Counted from the first letter of the stretch, positions 11,249 to 23,573 are shown. The stretch: DNA of 64,000 nucleotides from Diadema setosum (GCF_964275005.1 NC_092698.1:38664639-38728638), one strand, 5' to 3'. Numbers and translations are program-made. The notes: generated by a model from the letters alone, not told the origin.

Positions 11249-11829
11249 CTATACATTGGTAGAAATAAAATAATAAATACAACCAAACAAGACTAATTCT
11301 GGGATTTGATAATGTCAACGCTTCCATAGAAGTTCAGACTTACGGTGAAGAGGGTTTTACCGTGGTTCAACCTGACTAGATAAGCTTATTCTTCAACTTT
11401 AATATATCTCAAGCAATTTCACCTCATTGGTCAACCTTTCCGGTATGATTCAATATTTGTGAATATCTTGTAGTGATTGTAACGACTTGCATGAAACATT
11501 TTAATCATCTTGATTATTTACAAACAGAGTAATGGAGAGAGCGTCGCATGGATCACTCGTCTGGAAGATAAGTTTTCTCATTGAGGCATTCCAACACCTT
11601 ACTCAACGTGTACAAGAATATACTAGTGTGTTAATATGGTTAAGAAGTAAGAATGAATACAATTGTACTAGGAAGTAAGGCTGCATACTACTGTACTCAC
11701 TAAGAGTTCAGCATGTATACTGGTGTACAAGAGTTATATAAGAATGTCTTATACTTGTGAACAAAGGAATAAAAATGGTCACCATAGGTTGAAGCCACTT
11801 AAATCGGCTCCCTTTTTTTTTCAGCTTAC

Positions 11830-11991
11830 CAAGAAAACGTCAACATCTTGAGTCTTGTTGATGAACCTGTTTTCACTGAAAGTCACTGTTTTTCCCACCA
11901 GAGTTCCTTCTTTCACCGTAACTCTCGGATTCTCAGCATTCAGTGGCGCGAAAATGGCAAATATTGCCAACAAAGTCCATAATAGTCGCAT
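11830..11991 (-). CDS. Cholinesterase-like gene exon 1 (start codon, signal peptide)
   Basis: ATG at 11991-11989; MRLLWTLLAIFAIFAPLNA signal peptide; ends ...DVDVFL + GTAAGC donor; phase 0. Confidence 0.7.
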
Positions 11992-12177
11992 CGTTTGAGA
12001 GGTACCACCTTGCCTTGTTTTCTTAATCAAAAGACACTGATCTATCCAGAGAATCCAAGTAATGTGACTACGTGCAATCAGTTGACCTTGTATAGAATGA
12101 ACTTGATCTATGCTTGCCTAGGATTGTCCTACGCAAGAACTGTTTGTATAGCGCAAGATATTCAGACTTTGGTCACA

Positions 12178-12197
12178 CTTTATAGACCGACCAATGG
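12178..12197 (-). promoter_or_regulatory. Putative core promoter of the cholinesterase-like gene: TATAAAG (12184-12178, minus) with CCAAT/ATTGG (12191-12197) just upstream
   Basis: Minus-strand reading tatccATTGGtcggtcTATAAAGtgtgacc lies about 190 bp upstream of the ATG at 11991. Confidence 0.4.
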
Positions 12198-13259
12198 ATA
12201 AACCGATGCGAAAGTGACGTAGATAAATCTTAACAGAGATAATAGATGAACGCATTAAACGTAGTTAAATATTAATTAGTGAAACAACTTCAAGCAAAAA
12301 TGTCTTTAAACAGATCGGAGTGCATTGTGAAACTTATCAGTTCGATAAGTGTATGCTGCGCTTGAATGGCAAATATTATTGATGATGGCTTTTTAAAACT
12401 GTTCTATATGACTAGACTGACTTTCAAAGTGAGTAGGTGGTCGATTTAAGCAATATATTTCTGCTTTTAAAGGTTGTTTTAGGAAAAAACCCAAATCACA
12501 AGAGTATGGAAACGGTCGACAGAATAAATAAGTTTCACAAAAGTCAAAGTCCGAAAACTGTTTAAATAATGACAAAGCATAAACCTACAGAACAATATTG
12601 AATAGGGTGCATACAATCAACTTCTTTGATCACGCTACAGGTATGGACACTTTTACAGACTCTGTGGCATTGTGTATCAATAGTTTGATACACTACGTGT
12701 AGTAAGGTCTTTATCTTATCATTCTGGGTGCACTTCATTACACTGGCATTGCAAGAAAACAATCTTGAATAGGTTAAATGGCAGCTATCAAATGAGTCTA
12801 AACTGATGACATTATTAAGATGATTTACGATAATCCCTACCACGTAGAACTGGTATATGTATTTTAAAATATTCAGGTTTTATACACTTTGATCCTTGTA
12901 ATTTGAATGAAGAGATATTCCAACAACAGCCATCCAACGCTGGTGCGCATCGGTGTGGAATCATAGTTTTATAAACGGCGTAGACCATAATGTGCAATGA
13001 TCTACTTCACCATTTTGTTGTTCAGTTATTCAAAAGTTACCTTGATATTCAAAAGGACAAAACATTATTCATAAGACTATGCAATGAGATTTTTTTTTTG
13101 AACTTAAACGGAAGAAACCTGATAAAAAGCTAATAAGCGTACAGATAGTACAGGCAGAAATGGGGGAAGGATAAAGAAAAAAAAAAGAACTAGAGATTGT
13201 AATTTGTCATTACTGACAAATTAAGGTGATCCGATTTTTTTTTAATCAATGATTCGAGG

Positions 13260-15060
13260 TCTGATCGCAATAGGCATGACCATACAGGTTTCATCTGTGT
13301 TTAGAGACATTGGTCGTGTGATGTTTGGATTCTCATTTAGAAAAGGGAGTCATATCTGTCATCTTTGGTACCAAATTCTGTATAAACTAGATAACGAAGA
13401 TACAGCAACAAATACATAATTTAGGCATGACCATAAAGGTTCATCTGTGTTTAGGGACATTCGCCGTGTGATGTTTGGAATCTCATTTCGAAAAGCGAGT
13501 CAGACCTGCCATCTTTGGTACCAAATTCCGTATACACTGTAACGAAGATACAGAATGAAGTATATTTGACCATTGACCCCACTTTGCACAGCCAGGATGG
13601 CATCTAAGCAAAAAGTGGTTATTTCGTAAAATGATTCTTGTAACATGGTCTTTGCGTGTGCAAAATATGGAAGAGATAGGACATGTATTCACTAAGATAC
13701 AGGATGAAACATTTATGACCTTTGACCCTAATTTACATACCCAAGATGGTGTCTGATCAAGAAGTTGTTATTTTATGAAATAATGTACGTGACATGAACT
13801 AAACATGTGCAAAATTTGAGGGTGATACACGCTGTTTTTCTTGAGTTATTGCAAAGAAAGTTGCAGAAAGAAAAGAAACATCTCAATACATTGAAGATAA
13901 GCTTTAGATTCAACCACGTTTTTTAACGTGATCCTGACATCGTATGAAAAAAGGAAGGGTAAACTACGATAGCCCAAAGTCTCAGCTACAACATATTAAA
14001 ATCTGGGAGAAATTTACCGAAGCATAAGTGAGGTAGTGCTCGAAAAAGATAATCATGTCAAATTTCATTTGCAGAAAAACTGCACTCCCATAGATATAAC
14101 ACGTCATAATGAAGATACAGGAAGAAGAGCATATGACCTTTGACCCCACTTTGCACAGACATGATGGCATCTGAGCAAAAAGTGGTTATTTTGTGAAATG
14201 ATTCTTGTAACATGGTCTTTGCGTGTGCAAAATATGGGAGAGATATGACATGTATTCACCAAGACACAGGAAGAAACATTTATGACCTTTGACCCTAATT
14301 TACATACCCAAGATGGTGTCCGATCAAGTGATTGTCATTTTATGAAATAGTGTACGTGTCATGAACAAAACATGTGCAAAATATGGGATTAATAGCCATT
14401 GTTGTTGTTGATCTATTGCACAGAAAGTAGTAGAAAGAAAAAAATAAAGAAAAAATTATGTTATTTTTATAGAAATTTGAAGGAGAAGCATGAAAAAATC
14501 AGAAAAAAATAAAGTTAGGAAAGGAGATTAAGACTAACTAAAGGAAAAGAAGAAATAAGTGTTAAAAAAAAAAATATTGGCAGGGGTGAGCCTCGAACCA
14601 GGGACCTTAGGATTACGAGTCGGATGCGCTATGCAATGACCTATTTCATGCTCCATAGGCCCTGTGTATTAAGCAAAATGACACTGCATCGAAGCCACGT
14701 GCCATTTTTCAACCAAGTTTTTCGACGTGATGCCGACGTCGTATGAAAAATTGGAGGGCACACTTTCGATAGCCCAAAGTCTCAGCTACAACATACTAAA
14801 GTCTGGGAAAAATTCACGGAAGCATAAGTGAGCTAGTGCTCGAAAAAGAAAGTCATGTCAATTTTCACTGCCAGAAAAACTGCTCTCCCATAGAGATAAC
14901 ACGTAAACTGGTAAAATTTTACAAGGATACTTTCAATCCATTTTTACGAGGTGATGACGTTATCCAATCAAAATATTGTTTTACATTAATGAAAGAAAAT
15001 TTCATAAGCTACAACATACTGAAATTTGGGTGAAAATTGGCGAAATCTAAGTGAGATACG
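13260..15060. repeat. Complex of tandem/segmental duplications (units of about 165 bp, about 150 bp and about 800 bp) in the intergenic region
   Basis: 13270-13430 matches 13430-13560; 13540-13820 matches 14100-14400; 13900-14100 matches 14690-14900 (aligned by eye). Confidence 0.7.
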
Positions 15061-15873
15061 CTCGAGTGAATTTGAAATTTCATGACGTCATTTTGAAAAT
15101 TTACTTTTTTTACTTTATTAAGAAATTTGATATCTTTTGATCATTTTTTTAGTATCGCCAACCCATGAAATGACATGTACAACTCATCAGCTTTCAGAAT
15201 ATGTCAAGAAAATGGGGGGTCACTGTCCATCCTGACGAGTAAAATCCGATTTAAAATTGGCGGTTTTTTGGCATAGTTGCACTGTGTATCCCCATTGACG
15301 CACGCGCGGAATTTTGAATTTGACGGGCCCGTATGACGTCATATTGAGTCGGATCGACTTGAAACTTTGTAGAAATATTCCTTGACATTTTGGACATCCG
15401 ATCCGTGTGAAAAAACTGAAAATTTCTATTGCATATGAGCTGTGCGTGCGTATATACGCGCGCACATACGCGTCCGTCCGATTTTTTTCAATTTTTCAAA
15501 AAATGCTCCAAATGGTCTGAAACGTGTGCAAAAAAAAATTTGAGCTCGATTGGAGCATACAAATATTTCAACGCGCGCGTACGAGCACGTATCAAGAAAA
15601 ATGTGAATTTTGATAATATGAATAAAATGCGCATAATTTGAAATATATGTGACGTAAATTTCATTGAAAAACTCCATTCCATTAATGAGATATGATTGAG
15701 AATGTGTTTTCATATAATGACGTCATAGTGACGTCACGGTCGACTGATCACTTTGATTTTTAATAGTTCGATTGCCGTCTTTGGGACACGATACACACAT
15801 GGTATAAGTTTGAATTTGATAGACATAGCACTTTCTGAGCTAACCTCTGCACAACTTTTGGGGAGAAATAAAG

Positions 15874-15909
15874 AAAGAAGAAGAAGAAGAAGAAGAAGAA
15901 GAAGAAGAA
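15874..15909. repeat. (AAG)n microsatellite
   Basis: seen directly. Confidence 0.9.
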
Positions 15910-16344
15910 AGAATCCGTACAGATACAGAAGGTGATCCGAGAGGATACTCGGATCACCTAAAAAAAAAAAATACAAATCCAAGTACTTAGGTGTACAGCA
16001 TAGTACACATGCACATAGGCTGTACGGTACACATTACAGTGGTATACAATTAAACTTTGAATTTATTCAGAGACTCAAAACAACAACATCATACATAAAC
16101 CCATATTTCATAATGTCTCCATTTGTCCGCATGGACATACACACTCACTTCCTGTCTCATTTAAAGTATACACAGTGCACTTGTAAATATTTAAAGTATG
16201 CACAGTATAAAGCTTATTTTTGATGAGTGTCCTCGCTGTGTGGGAAAACGGCAAAGAGAAGAATTCCTGGCTATTGACCAACACGAAAAGACAGCAGCTA
16301 TCAAACAGTTGGCCCGAGAGATATCTGAGAGATGTCGTGGAACT

Positions 16345-16428
16345 CTTCTTCTTCTTCTTCTTCTTCTTCTTGACGTTGTTGCTATTTGTTTGTTTGTTTG
16401 TTTGTTTGTTTGTTTGTTTGTTTGTTTT
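16345..16428. repeat. (CTT)n followed by (TTTG)n compound microsatellite
   Basis: seen directly. Confidence 0.9.
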
Positions 16429-18242
16429 GATGTGGTTTCAGCAATATCTTTACAATCCACAACGGTGTACATTATATCACCTCACCGTAAAGTTTCAGAA
16501 TTTTCGCGGGTTGCAGTTAGAAATGATATTTTAATGCATCTCCTGTTAGGTCAGTTAAACATTTGTTGCCATTTTGAATCTCTCAGAAGACAGAAGAGCA
16601 ACCCAAAGAGTAACCTGTAGCTGCGTTGACATGAATGTCAGCACCGTTTCTGAGGAATTGAGATCGGAATTGTTGGTGTATTTATGGAAATAATGTATAA
16701 TTGAACTCGAATTGTAGTCTACGTCCCTCATTCCCTGTCTGACATCAGTACGGGTCCCCTCTAGCGTTCAGTAAAAGCACAGTTCTTCATTACATTGTTT
16801 CAGATTATAGCGGCACAGACTATCCCACATCATGATCTCTATGTGATAGCCAATAGCGATCCCACACGTCTTGTGTATACACGCTTACACTCTGCATCCT
16901 CTTTATACAGTCAAATAATGCAGCTTGAATTCTATACAGATCTCATACAATTCTATTTTCTCTATTTGTATTAATTATATGTGTTGTTTTGATAATTTAT
17001 TTCATATGTGATTAAAAAAATGAAATGAATGGATCGAATACGAATTAGAAAAATATATTGTTAAATCAGCTCTAAGCATCAAATACATATGACCTCCTGA
17101 TCCCACAATAAAGCCCATTCTCAATGTTAGAGTTGAAAAGGTTAAAGATGAAATAGACACCAACTGAGTGATTCGTCTCTAATTTCAGTATGTGTGAAAC
17201 CGTCCAGTTATTAAAATCTTCTTTCGACACACATGATATGGGTGGTCATTATGAACAAACAAATGGTTGGGTTTACATTTCACAGAACTGACCTATCCCT
17301 TTAAGAGAGAGCGAAGCGTTAAAACAATGTCGATCAGCCCTTGACATTTTGTCAATGACGTTGATTTTAATTGATTGGCTGGCCAGATTCATTGTTGCTG
17401 GTATCTCCATCGTGTAGGATCGACTGTACACCAGGACTTTCGGTCAACGAGTTCCTGATGACTGATAATTACAGCGCTGTGTGCAGTTGGTAGATGTTGC
17501 AACATCGGTTTATCATGACTACAGGATGAGTTATGCCGTCAAAGAACCAATCATGGCTCACTTTTATGTCAATGCCACGGCCTCGAGGCTTCTAAGCAAA
17601 TCATCTCAAGTTTAGTGTGTCTGGCGGCGGTTATAACTCCTGTAGGTAATTAAACGCTTCCTGCCTCAACATACCGGCGTTTTGGGTAGTTTATCAAGTC
17701 CATACTTGTTCGCAGAAAGTTATTGATACTGAGTTGTGCAACACCAGGAGCTGCTCTACTTTCCCTTTTCTATCACACTGTTGACGGAGTGTCATAATTC
17801 GGCTTTTAGTGCAACGAATTCCATCGAAGTGGAGAGCGCTTAGAAGTCTTCAATCCCTATGGACATTCTATTTCTGAGGATCTCAGTCTGGTCTGTTGGA
17901 ATTACAGGACAGGTGGGTTTGAATGTTTTGTCCACGTTATTGTAACCATCTATTTCTCCCTTTTCCCCCTTTTTTATGCCTAACCTCAAACCTATTTGTC
18001 TAAAGCAAAAGAGAAAAATGTAAATCGTCTTTCACTAGTATCTACCATCATTTCAGAGAATATAGTTGTGGTCTTCCGAAACTTGAACTAAAGTTTGCAA
18101 GTGCGATGCTGTACGTTTATCTCTCGCATTATAGGAGAAAAAAACAACAACACTTGACTGTTCAATCACCTTTTGTTTCATCAGCGTTTAGAATATTGAC
18201 TCTGTCGAGTGAACTCATACCTGGGTGTTACTGAGTCATTTA

Positions 18243-18536
18243 GGCCCGAATTCACGAAAGTGGTACAAATGAAATCATGGTTTAAACCATGGACAAAAAC
18301 CATGGAGCGCCAAATGTCGCAAGGAATATTTCGTTATGAAATTGGTCATTTCATCAACAAAATGACTGTTTCATTAACGAAATGTTCATTTAGTTACAAA
18401 ATGTTGTCATTCCGTTACAAAATACTCATTTCATCGACGAAATGACTGATTTCGTAACAAAATATTCCATGCGACACTTGGCGCTCCATGGTTTTTGTCC
18501 ATGGTTTCATTTGTACCACCTTCGTGAATTCGGGCC
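18243..18536. mobile_element. Stowaway/Tc1-mariner-like MITE with TA target-site duplication and an internal array of about 6 x 21-bp tandem units
   Basis: TIR of about 65 bp (ggcccgaattcacgaaagtggtacaaatgaaa...ccatggagcgccaa) at both ends; TA at 18241-18242 and 18537-18538; internal tcatttNNNNacaaaatg units. Confidence 0.7.
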
Positions 18537-18863
18537 TAAATGTTTTATTCTATGAAAACTTGCAAACATCTTTGATATTCAAATAGAATGTGAGAGAGAT
18601 AAGAATGTTTATGTATTATTACCATAAAAAAAAGTGATGAAGAATTAAGATTGAATTAATTGTTTACGATAGTCTTGAAGGTTGTCATCATTTTTTTTTT
18701 GTGGAAATCATATCAAAAAGTGTAACTTTAAAATGACGTAAGCCCTAGTTCTTATTTTGTGCGTAGAATACGTATCCTATTGAGACTGCACCTTGAATTA
18801 TGTTAACACAATTAGGTTCGGCTTGAAATAAGAAAAGCGACACTCTATACCCTCATGTCCCCA

Positions 18864-19036
18864 TAGAGTACAGTCAAACCTGTCTATAGCGGCCACCCAA
18901 GGGAAACGAAAAGAGTGGCAGTTATTGACAGGTGGCCGCTATACACAGGGTTTATAACGTGGCTTTTCTCTTGGAGGGATTTTTCAGTGGCCGCTATAGA
19001 CAGGTGGCCGCTAAGGCAGGTTTGACTGTATAGAGT
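18864..19036. mobile_element. Small foldback element (tagagtacagtcaaacctg...caggtttgactgtatagagt)
   Basis: Terminal inverted repeats of about 20 bp plus an internal inverted gtggccgctatagacagg pair. Confidence 0.55.
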
Positions 19037-20098
19037 CAATGTGAGTTACCTTTATTATAGAACTTTTTTTTTTTCTTTCAGGTGTACAAGTTATGTCTTC
19101 GTAAGAGACATTATAACGTATGTACATGATGACATGCAGGCTGCAATCATTAGTATTCTATCATCATCATGATCATTGTAGAGATTATTACATCATGTAC
19201 CTCAGTTCAGTATGAATACTTGGAAATTTATTACATCGACATAATTGACGAAATGGTACCACATACAAACCACTTCTCCGATTCCTCATTTTTCTCACAG
19301 TCTTGGTCAAAACAAGCTCAATGTATGAATTTTGTGTGGAAAAAGTAGCATCCACCCAAAAATGCTGAACAGCATGATTCAATGATTCACGAGTTCAACG
19401 TTTTCTTGCCTTTTATACTGACTTTTGTTCCCTGTAAAGCTTTATGTGATAATATACCACATAACGCAGCAAACAAAACCTCTGGTAGACAGAGATATGA
19501 GTGCATGCTGAATATTTTTCTTTCTTTTTCCATACCTTCACAACATTTTCAGTGGTAATCATTTCCTTTCGTTTAGCGTCGCCCGTGAGTAGAAATAATG
19601 ATTCATGCATGGGCAGGATAGGTAGTAATTGACATAAATATTCTCGGCAAATGGTAAATGAGCTTCAAAAGGATTACCCTCGGTATACTTGCTCGGGAGA
19701 GAATTGTGTTATTGTTGATTGATATTAAAGTCACCAATTACTGGGACTTTCTAAAATATGTGCTGAGTTTACAAATCTTGAACAGCACGTCATTGATTGC
19801 TATGTGATTGACTGTGCTCTGTAGTTGTAGTTTGTGGACCAGGAAACAATGTCATATTAGACAAGTTAGACTTAGTGAACTATTGTAAAATAGTGCTACA
19901 AGAGAGGTCATGCGGTATATGTGACCTGCCTTGGTTATAAAGGAAGCAGGTGTTAATCTTAAAAGGAAGCACAATGTGATAAGGTATCGTCTAACATTAA
20001 AGTTAAATGTACGTATACATATGGTGACATTCTCTTCTTCAGTTTTCTCTTGTGTTCTCTAGTACTCAGTTCGTAGGATGTGATATCTTCTGTATACA

Positions 20099-20464
20099 CT
20101 ATACTGAACAATCACTTAAATCACTATCCATGGTACCATCATCTAAGATGCCTATGACCTCCCTCTTACTAAGTCCTTTGACCTGATGTTGCGTCTCTAT
20201 TTTTTCCAACTCCTCTAGATCCGACAAGAAACGCTCTCTCTTACTACTAAAGATTAGTTCCTGTGACAAAGTCCTGACACACCTGCATGAGGGAAAGACA
20301 AGATTATAGACTGGCAGCACATTATCTTCCCCACCATTAGGATGTCCCTCCAGGAACCTCGCTCCGAGCCGGAAGCCGGCAGCTCCGATGGAAAGAGTGA
20401 ACAGGATGGCTTTGAAGAGGACAAGTGTGAACTCGTCAAATACGTCATACTCCAGGTAGAACAA
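20099..20464 (-). CDS. Unassigned 121-codon ORF encoding an N-terminal hydrophobic segment followed by an acidic/coiled tail (MFYLEYDVFDEFTLVLFKAILFTLSIGAAGFRLGA...); possible small gene or terminal exon
   Basis: The ORF lies in a stretch without simple repeats; no recognisable family; no splice evidence. Confidence 0.2.
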   Translation of the reverse strand: MFYLEYDVFDEFTLVLFKAILFTLSIGAAGFRLGARFLEGHPNGGEDNVLPVYNLVFPSCRCVRTLSQELIFSSKRERFLSDLEELEKIETQHQVKGLSKREVIGILDDGTMDSDLSDCSV

Positions 20465-22012
20465 TTACAATCCATGTTTTCTAGTTTTATGGAACTAAAT
20501 ACGATATAGGTAGACACATAGAGCATTGTACTGGACTACTCACCATCGATCCCGCGTTGGAGTGATCTAGTCAATGGCACTTTTTCCGAGAGCTCCTTTT
20601 TGACGTGCTTGCAAATGTTAAAATTGGAAAAAGAAATTTCTTTTTTTCGAATTCTCATCGTCGAAGATTATCTTACCGAAAAAAAAAAGAAAAGCAAAGT
20701 AATGTTTTGACAGCTTTTCTGGGAAAACTTTAAATGTTTTTGATAAATAGACGACATTAGTTTATAGGGAGTATTTGCTATTGTATAACCATGCTTCCAG
20801 TAAAGTACTTTGTGTGTTATAAGGGGAAAGTTCGCTCAAATACGCTTGTCGTGGGAAAAAAAAAAATCTTACGCGTTACTGGCTTCGCTCATTACTATGT
20901 GTAAGTTGTGGTGAATAAGCCCAAGGTTGAAAGGAAACTGCTCGGGGGTGCTGTTAGTAAACAAGATCACTTCCTACTTCCGTAACTTCCTTACCTTGAC
21001 ACAATTCGTCCCTTCTGACAAACGATTATCGGTATCTAAGTTTTTGTGTTCCATCAGATAATCTTTCCTCGGTGATTTATTATGCAACATATAGATTAAG
21101 ACCACAGTCTCGAATATATAAAATTGTAGCCAATATCCTGTAATAAATTATTACGATAATAGATCGGTCTCGTAAACTTGAACAAGCCAGATTGCAATAC
21201 AGCTATAAGAAAATGAGGAATTTAAAAAAAAAATCTCGAGGTGTCTCATTACTCTGTTTTTTGTTTTTTTTTTAATTCAAAGTGTGGAATTCGAAGATAA
21301 TGATGTTCCATTGCAGAGATAAGATATAGACCTTACCAGGGTCCTGGTACCAGGTTCTCTAATCCGGTTCGTTATACAACTTTTTTTTTTTTTTAATGTT
21401 CAAGTATTTTGCACATGTATAATGATATTAGCATGTTATAATGTGTAATGAAGAAGATAATCCTTAGGCCACATTTGATCGTGTGGTATCTCCACCAGGT
21501 GATATAGTAGTAAGCATTTGTCAAATGAACTGTTTGGTTTGGTCGACAGAAAGAACTAGAAGACGGGGATGTCGAGTTCACATCCATCGAGCTGCACACC
21601 ACTGTTGGAGTACCATCGGCAGTTCTGAGCCAAGGACCCCGGGTCTCTCCGACCACGCGACCCAAGTTTAGGGTCTATACTCACCATGGCACGGTGTCTG
21701 GAACAAAGGTAGTACTTACAGTTTGGCATGCATACCATGCACACTGTTGTGATTTTAGTGACAATTACTTGAGGAGCTGCTATTAAACTTCCATCTATTA
21801 GGGGTGGTGCTCGCGTAGACTGAACAAACGTTGACATCGAAATATTTTCAATCATTTCTGAGGTAGGAATATCAGTAAAGTAACATTTCTTACAAAAAAC
21901 AACAACAACGTGTATTCATGAAATACTTGTTAATTTTTGTTCTTTTTGGGGTGGCATGTTAAGACATTAGAATAGTATAATCCTAAAGATAGGTGTCTGT
22001 CACTTTCTGCAG

Positions 22013-22168
22013 GACGAAAATTCTGGGACGAAATCGAGTCGCTTTGCTCAGGCTGCCCCAGCCGCCCTGAAGATGTACAACGAGGAATACAAAGCATGGA
22101 CGTCTAAAGGGATGACGAGAACGAAGAAAATGTTGTCACGTTGGCTTGGATCCAACATTCTGACCAAG
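22013..22168 (+). CDS. PARP4: PARP4-like exon (DENSGTKSSRFAQAAPAALKMYNEEYKAWTSKGMTRTKKMLSRWLGSNILTK); not the first exon
   Basis: ctttctgcag acceptor, AAG|GTAAGA donor, phase 0/0; the only open frame; YNEEYKAWTSKG resembles vertebrate PARP4 YFENYIEELKKQG. Confidence 0.5.
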
Positions 22169-22991
22169 GTAAGACAGAGGACAAATTCTTTCAGATTCAT
22201 ATTCCCGATGTCATCTTCCTCTCCTTCATCGTTTAGCTCTGAATTTGTTAATAATGTCTCATTTCTATCGTACAATGAACTATTATGTATTCAAGATTAT
22301 TTATGATTTTCTTACATTGTAGTCTGTGATAGAAGAAAAAAAAATAAATTAAAATGAACCGAACTGAATTGAATTGAATTGAACAGAATTGAATCATTCT
22401 CCGCATTTGATTTTGATTTTCAGTACTTATTTATCGCATTTATACGCTGCATCTATTTTTTTGTATTTGTATTTTTGTATCATTTTGGACTAAATATTAA
22501 TTTTCCGGTAAACTGTGCGCTTAGAAACATCTGTTTTAAGCGCCTTATTAATGTATTGTATCATCATTATTATTATCTGCTACTTTCTCTTTATTTGTCG
22601 GCTTCATTGTTTCTAATCCTGTACGGTGACTGAAATACGTCTTGGTAGAGATGAATTAATATGTATTTAAATTTTGATTTCAAAAATAAATCCTTCATAA
22701 TCATGACGCTGTTGAAAAATAGTGCACATTAGTAGTAATGTAATAATATCAGAGTCTATCTCCTTCCCCTCTCCGATTCTATACATCAAAAGTTATGATA
22801 AACTTTGATCAGAAGCTCCATACCGGTAAACTTATTGCAGTGACCTAGTCGACATTGGACATGAAAAATGTGACCAAAGTTCGGGTTTTCCAATGACTTT
22901 TCACTGTAGCTATACAGGTAGGTATGTTGTCAAATATTGAACACTTCGTCTCATTGTGTCGCAATAAGAACATTACTTTTTAACTCAACAG

Positions 22992-23129
22992 CGCCTCTTA
23001 GAGTCGCAGACAGCGAGTGGGGAAGTGTCCGAAGCAGTTGCCATGCTAGCAGACAACTTGTGGAAGGAAGCGATAGGCGAACTCTCCAGGATACTCACTG
23101 TACCCGTCAAGAACATCCCACCGGGAAAG
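22992..23129 (+). CDS. PARP4: PARP4-like exon (RLLESQTASGEVSEAVAMLADNLWKEAIGELSRILTVPVKNIPPGK), PARP helical/regulatory region
   Basis: caacag acceptor, AAG|GTAAAG donor; aligns with vertebrate PARP4 EVSDLVEMIWAEALGHLEHMLLKPVNRISLND. Confidence 0.6.
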
Positions 23130-23573
23130 GTAAAGCCATTAAGCTAAATACTAGTCCCTTAAAAAGACTCTACTGTGGAACTATAAAATCCATCACATAA
23201 TGGACTTACCTTCCCCACCCATCTCAAACCACTTTATCTCCCAAGGTGTCTGCTTTTATTTCAGCTCTTTGTTTATTTTTGATATTCAAAAAAAAATCAT
23301 TATAACTTTCCTGTCTACGTAATCACTTATACGTAATCACTTTACACAACAATGTGTTAATATATTTGCAAAATATTATATATTTTTGATAAAAGGCGTC
23401 TAGTTAGATTTCATGTGTACACAATGATCAGTATTACCTACCAGGAAAGGAAAAAACACCTTTTCTCTCAAGTAAACATTAGATATAAATTCAACATTTT
23501 TGCTTTTGCGCTGTCCGTCATATGTGACAGAACAATTTTCAAGTTGTGTTCAACTTCCGTGGCATGTCTACAG

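Noticed and set aside
13900-15060. Short tandem arrays considered as possible CRISPR-like repeat-spacer arrays
   Set aside because: This is a eukaryotic genome. The repeats are long (150-800 bp), diverged, lack uniform spacers, and no cas genes are present.
21686-21708. Strong-Kozak ATG (caccATGGCACGG...) followed by GTAGTA donor, as a possible first coding exon of the PARP4-like gene
   Set aside because: The donor leaves phase 2, which introduces a stop when joined to exon 22013. There is no BRCT-like sequence. It is kept only as a hint in the findings.
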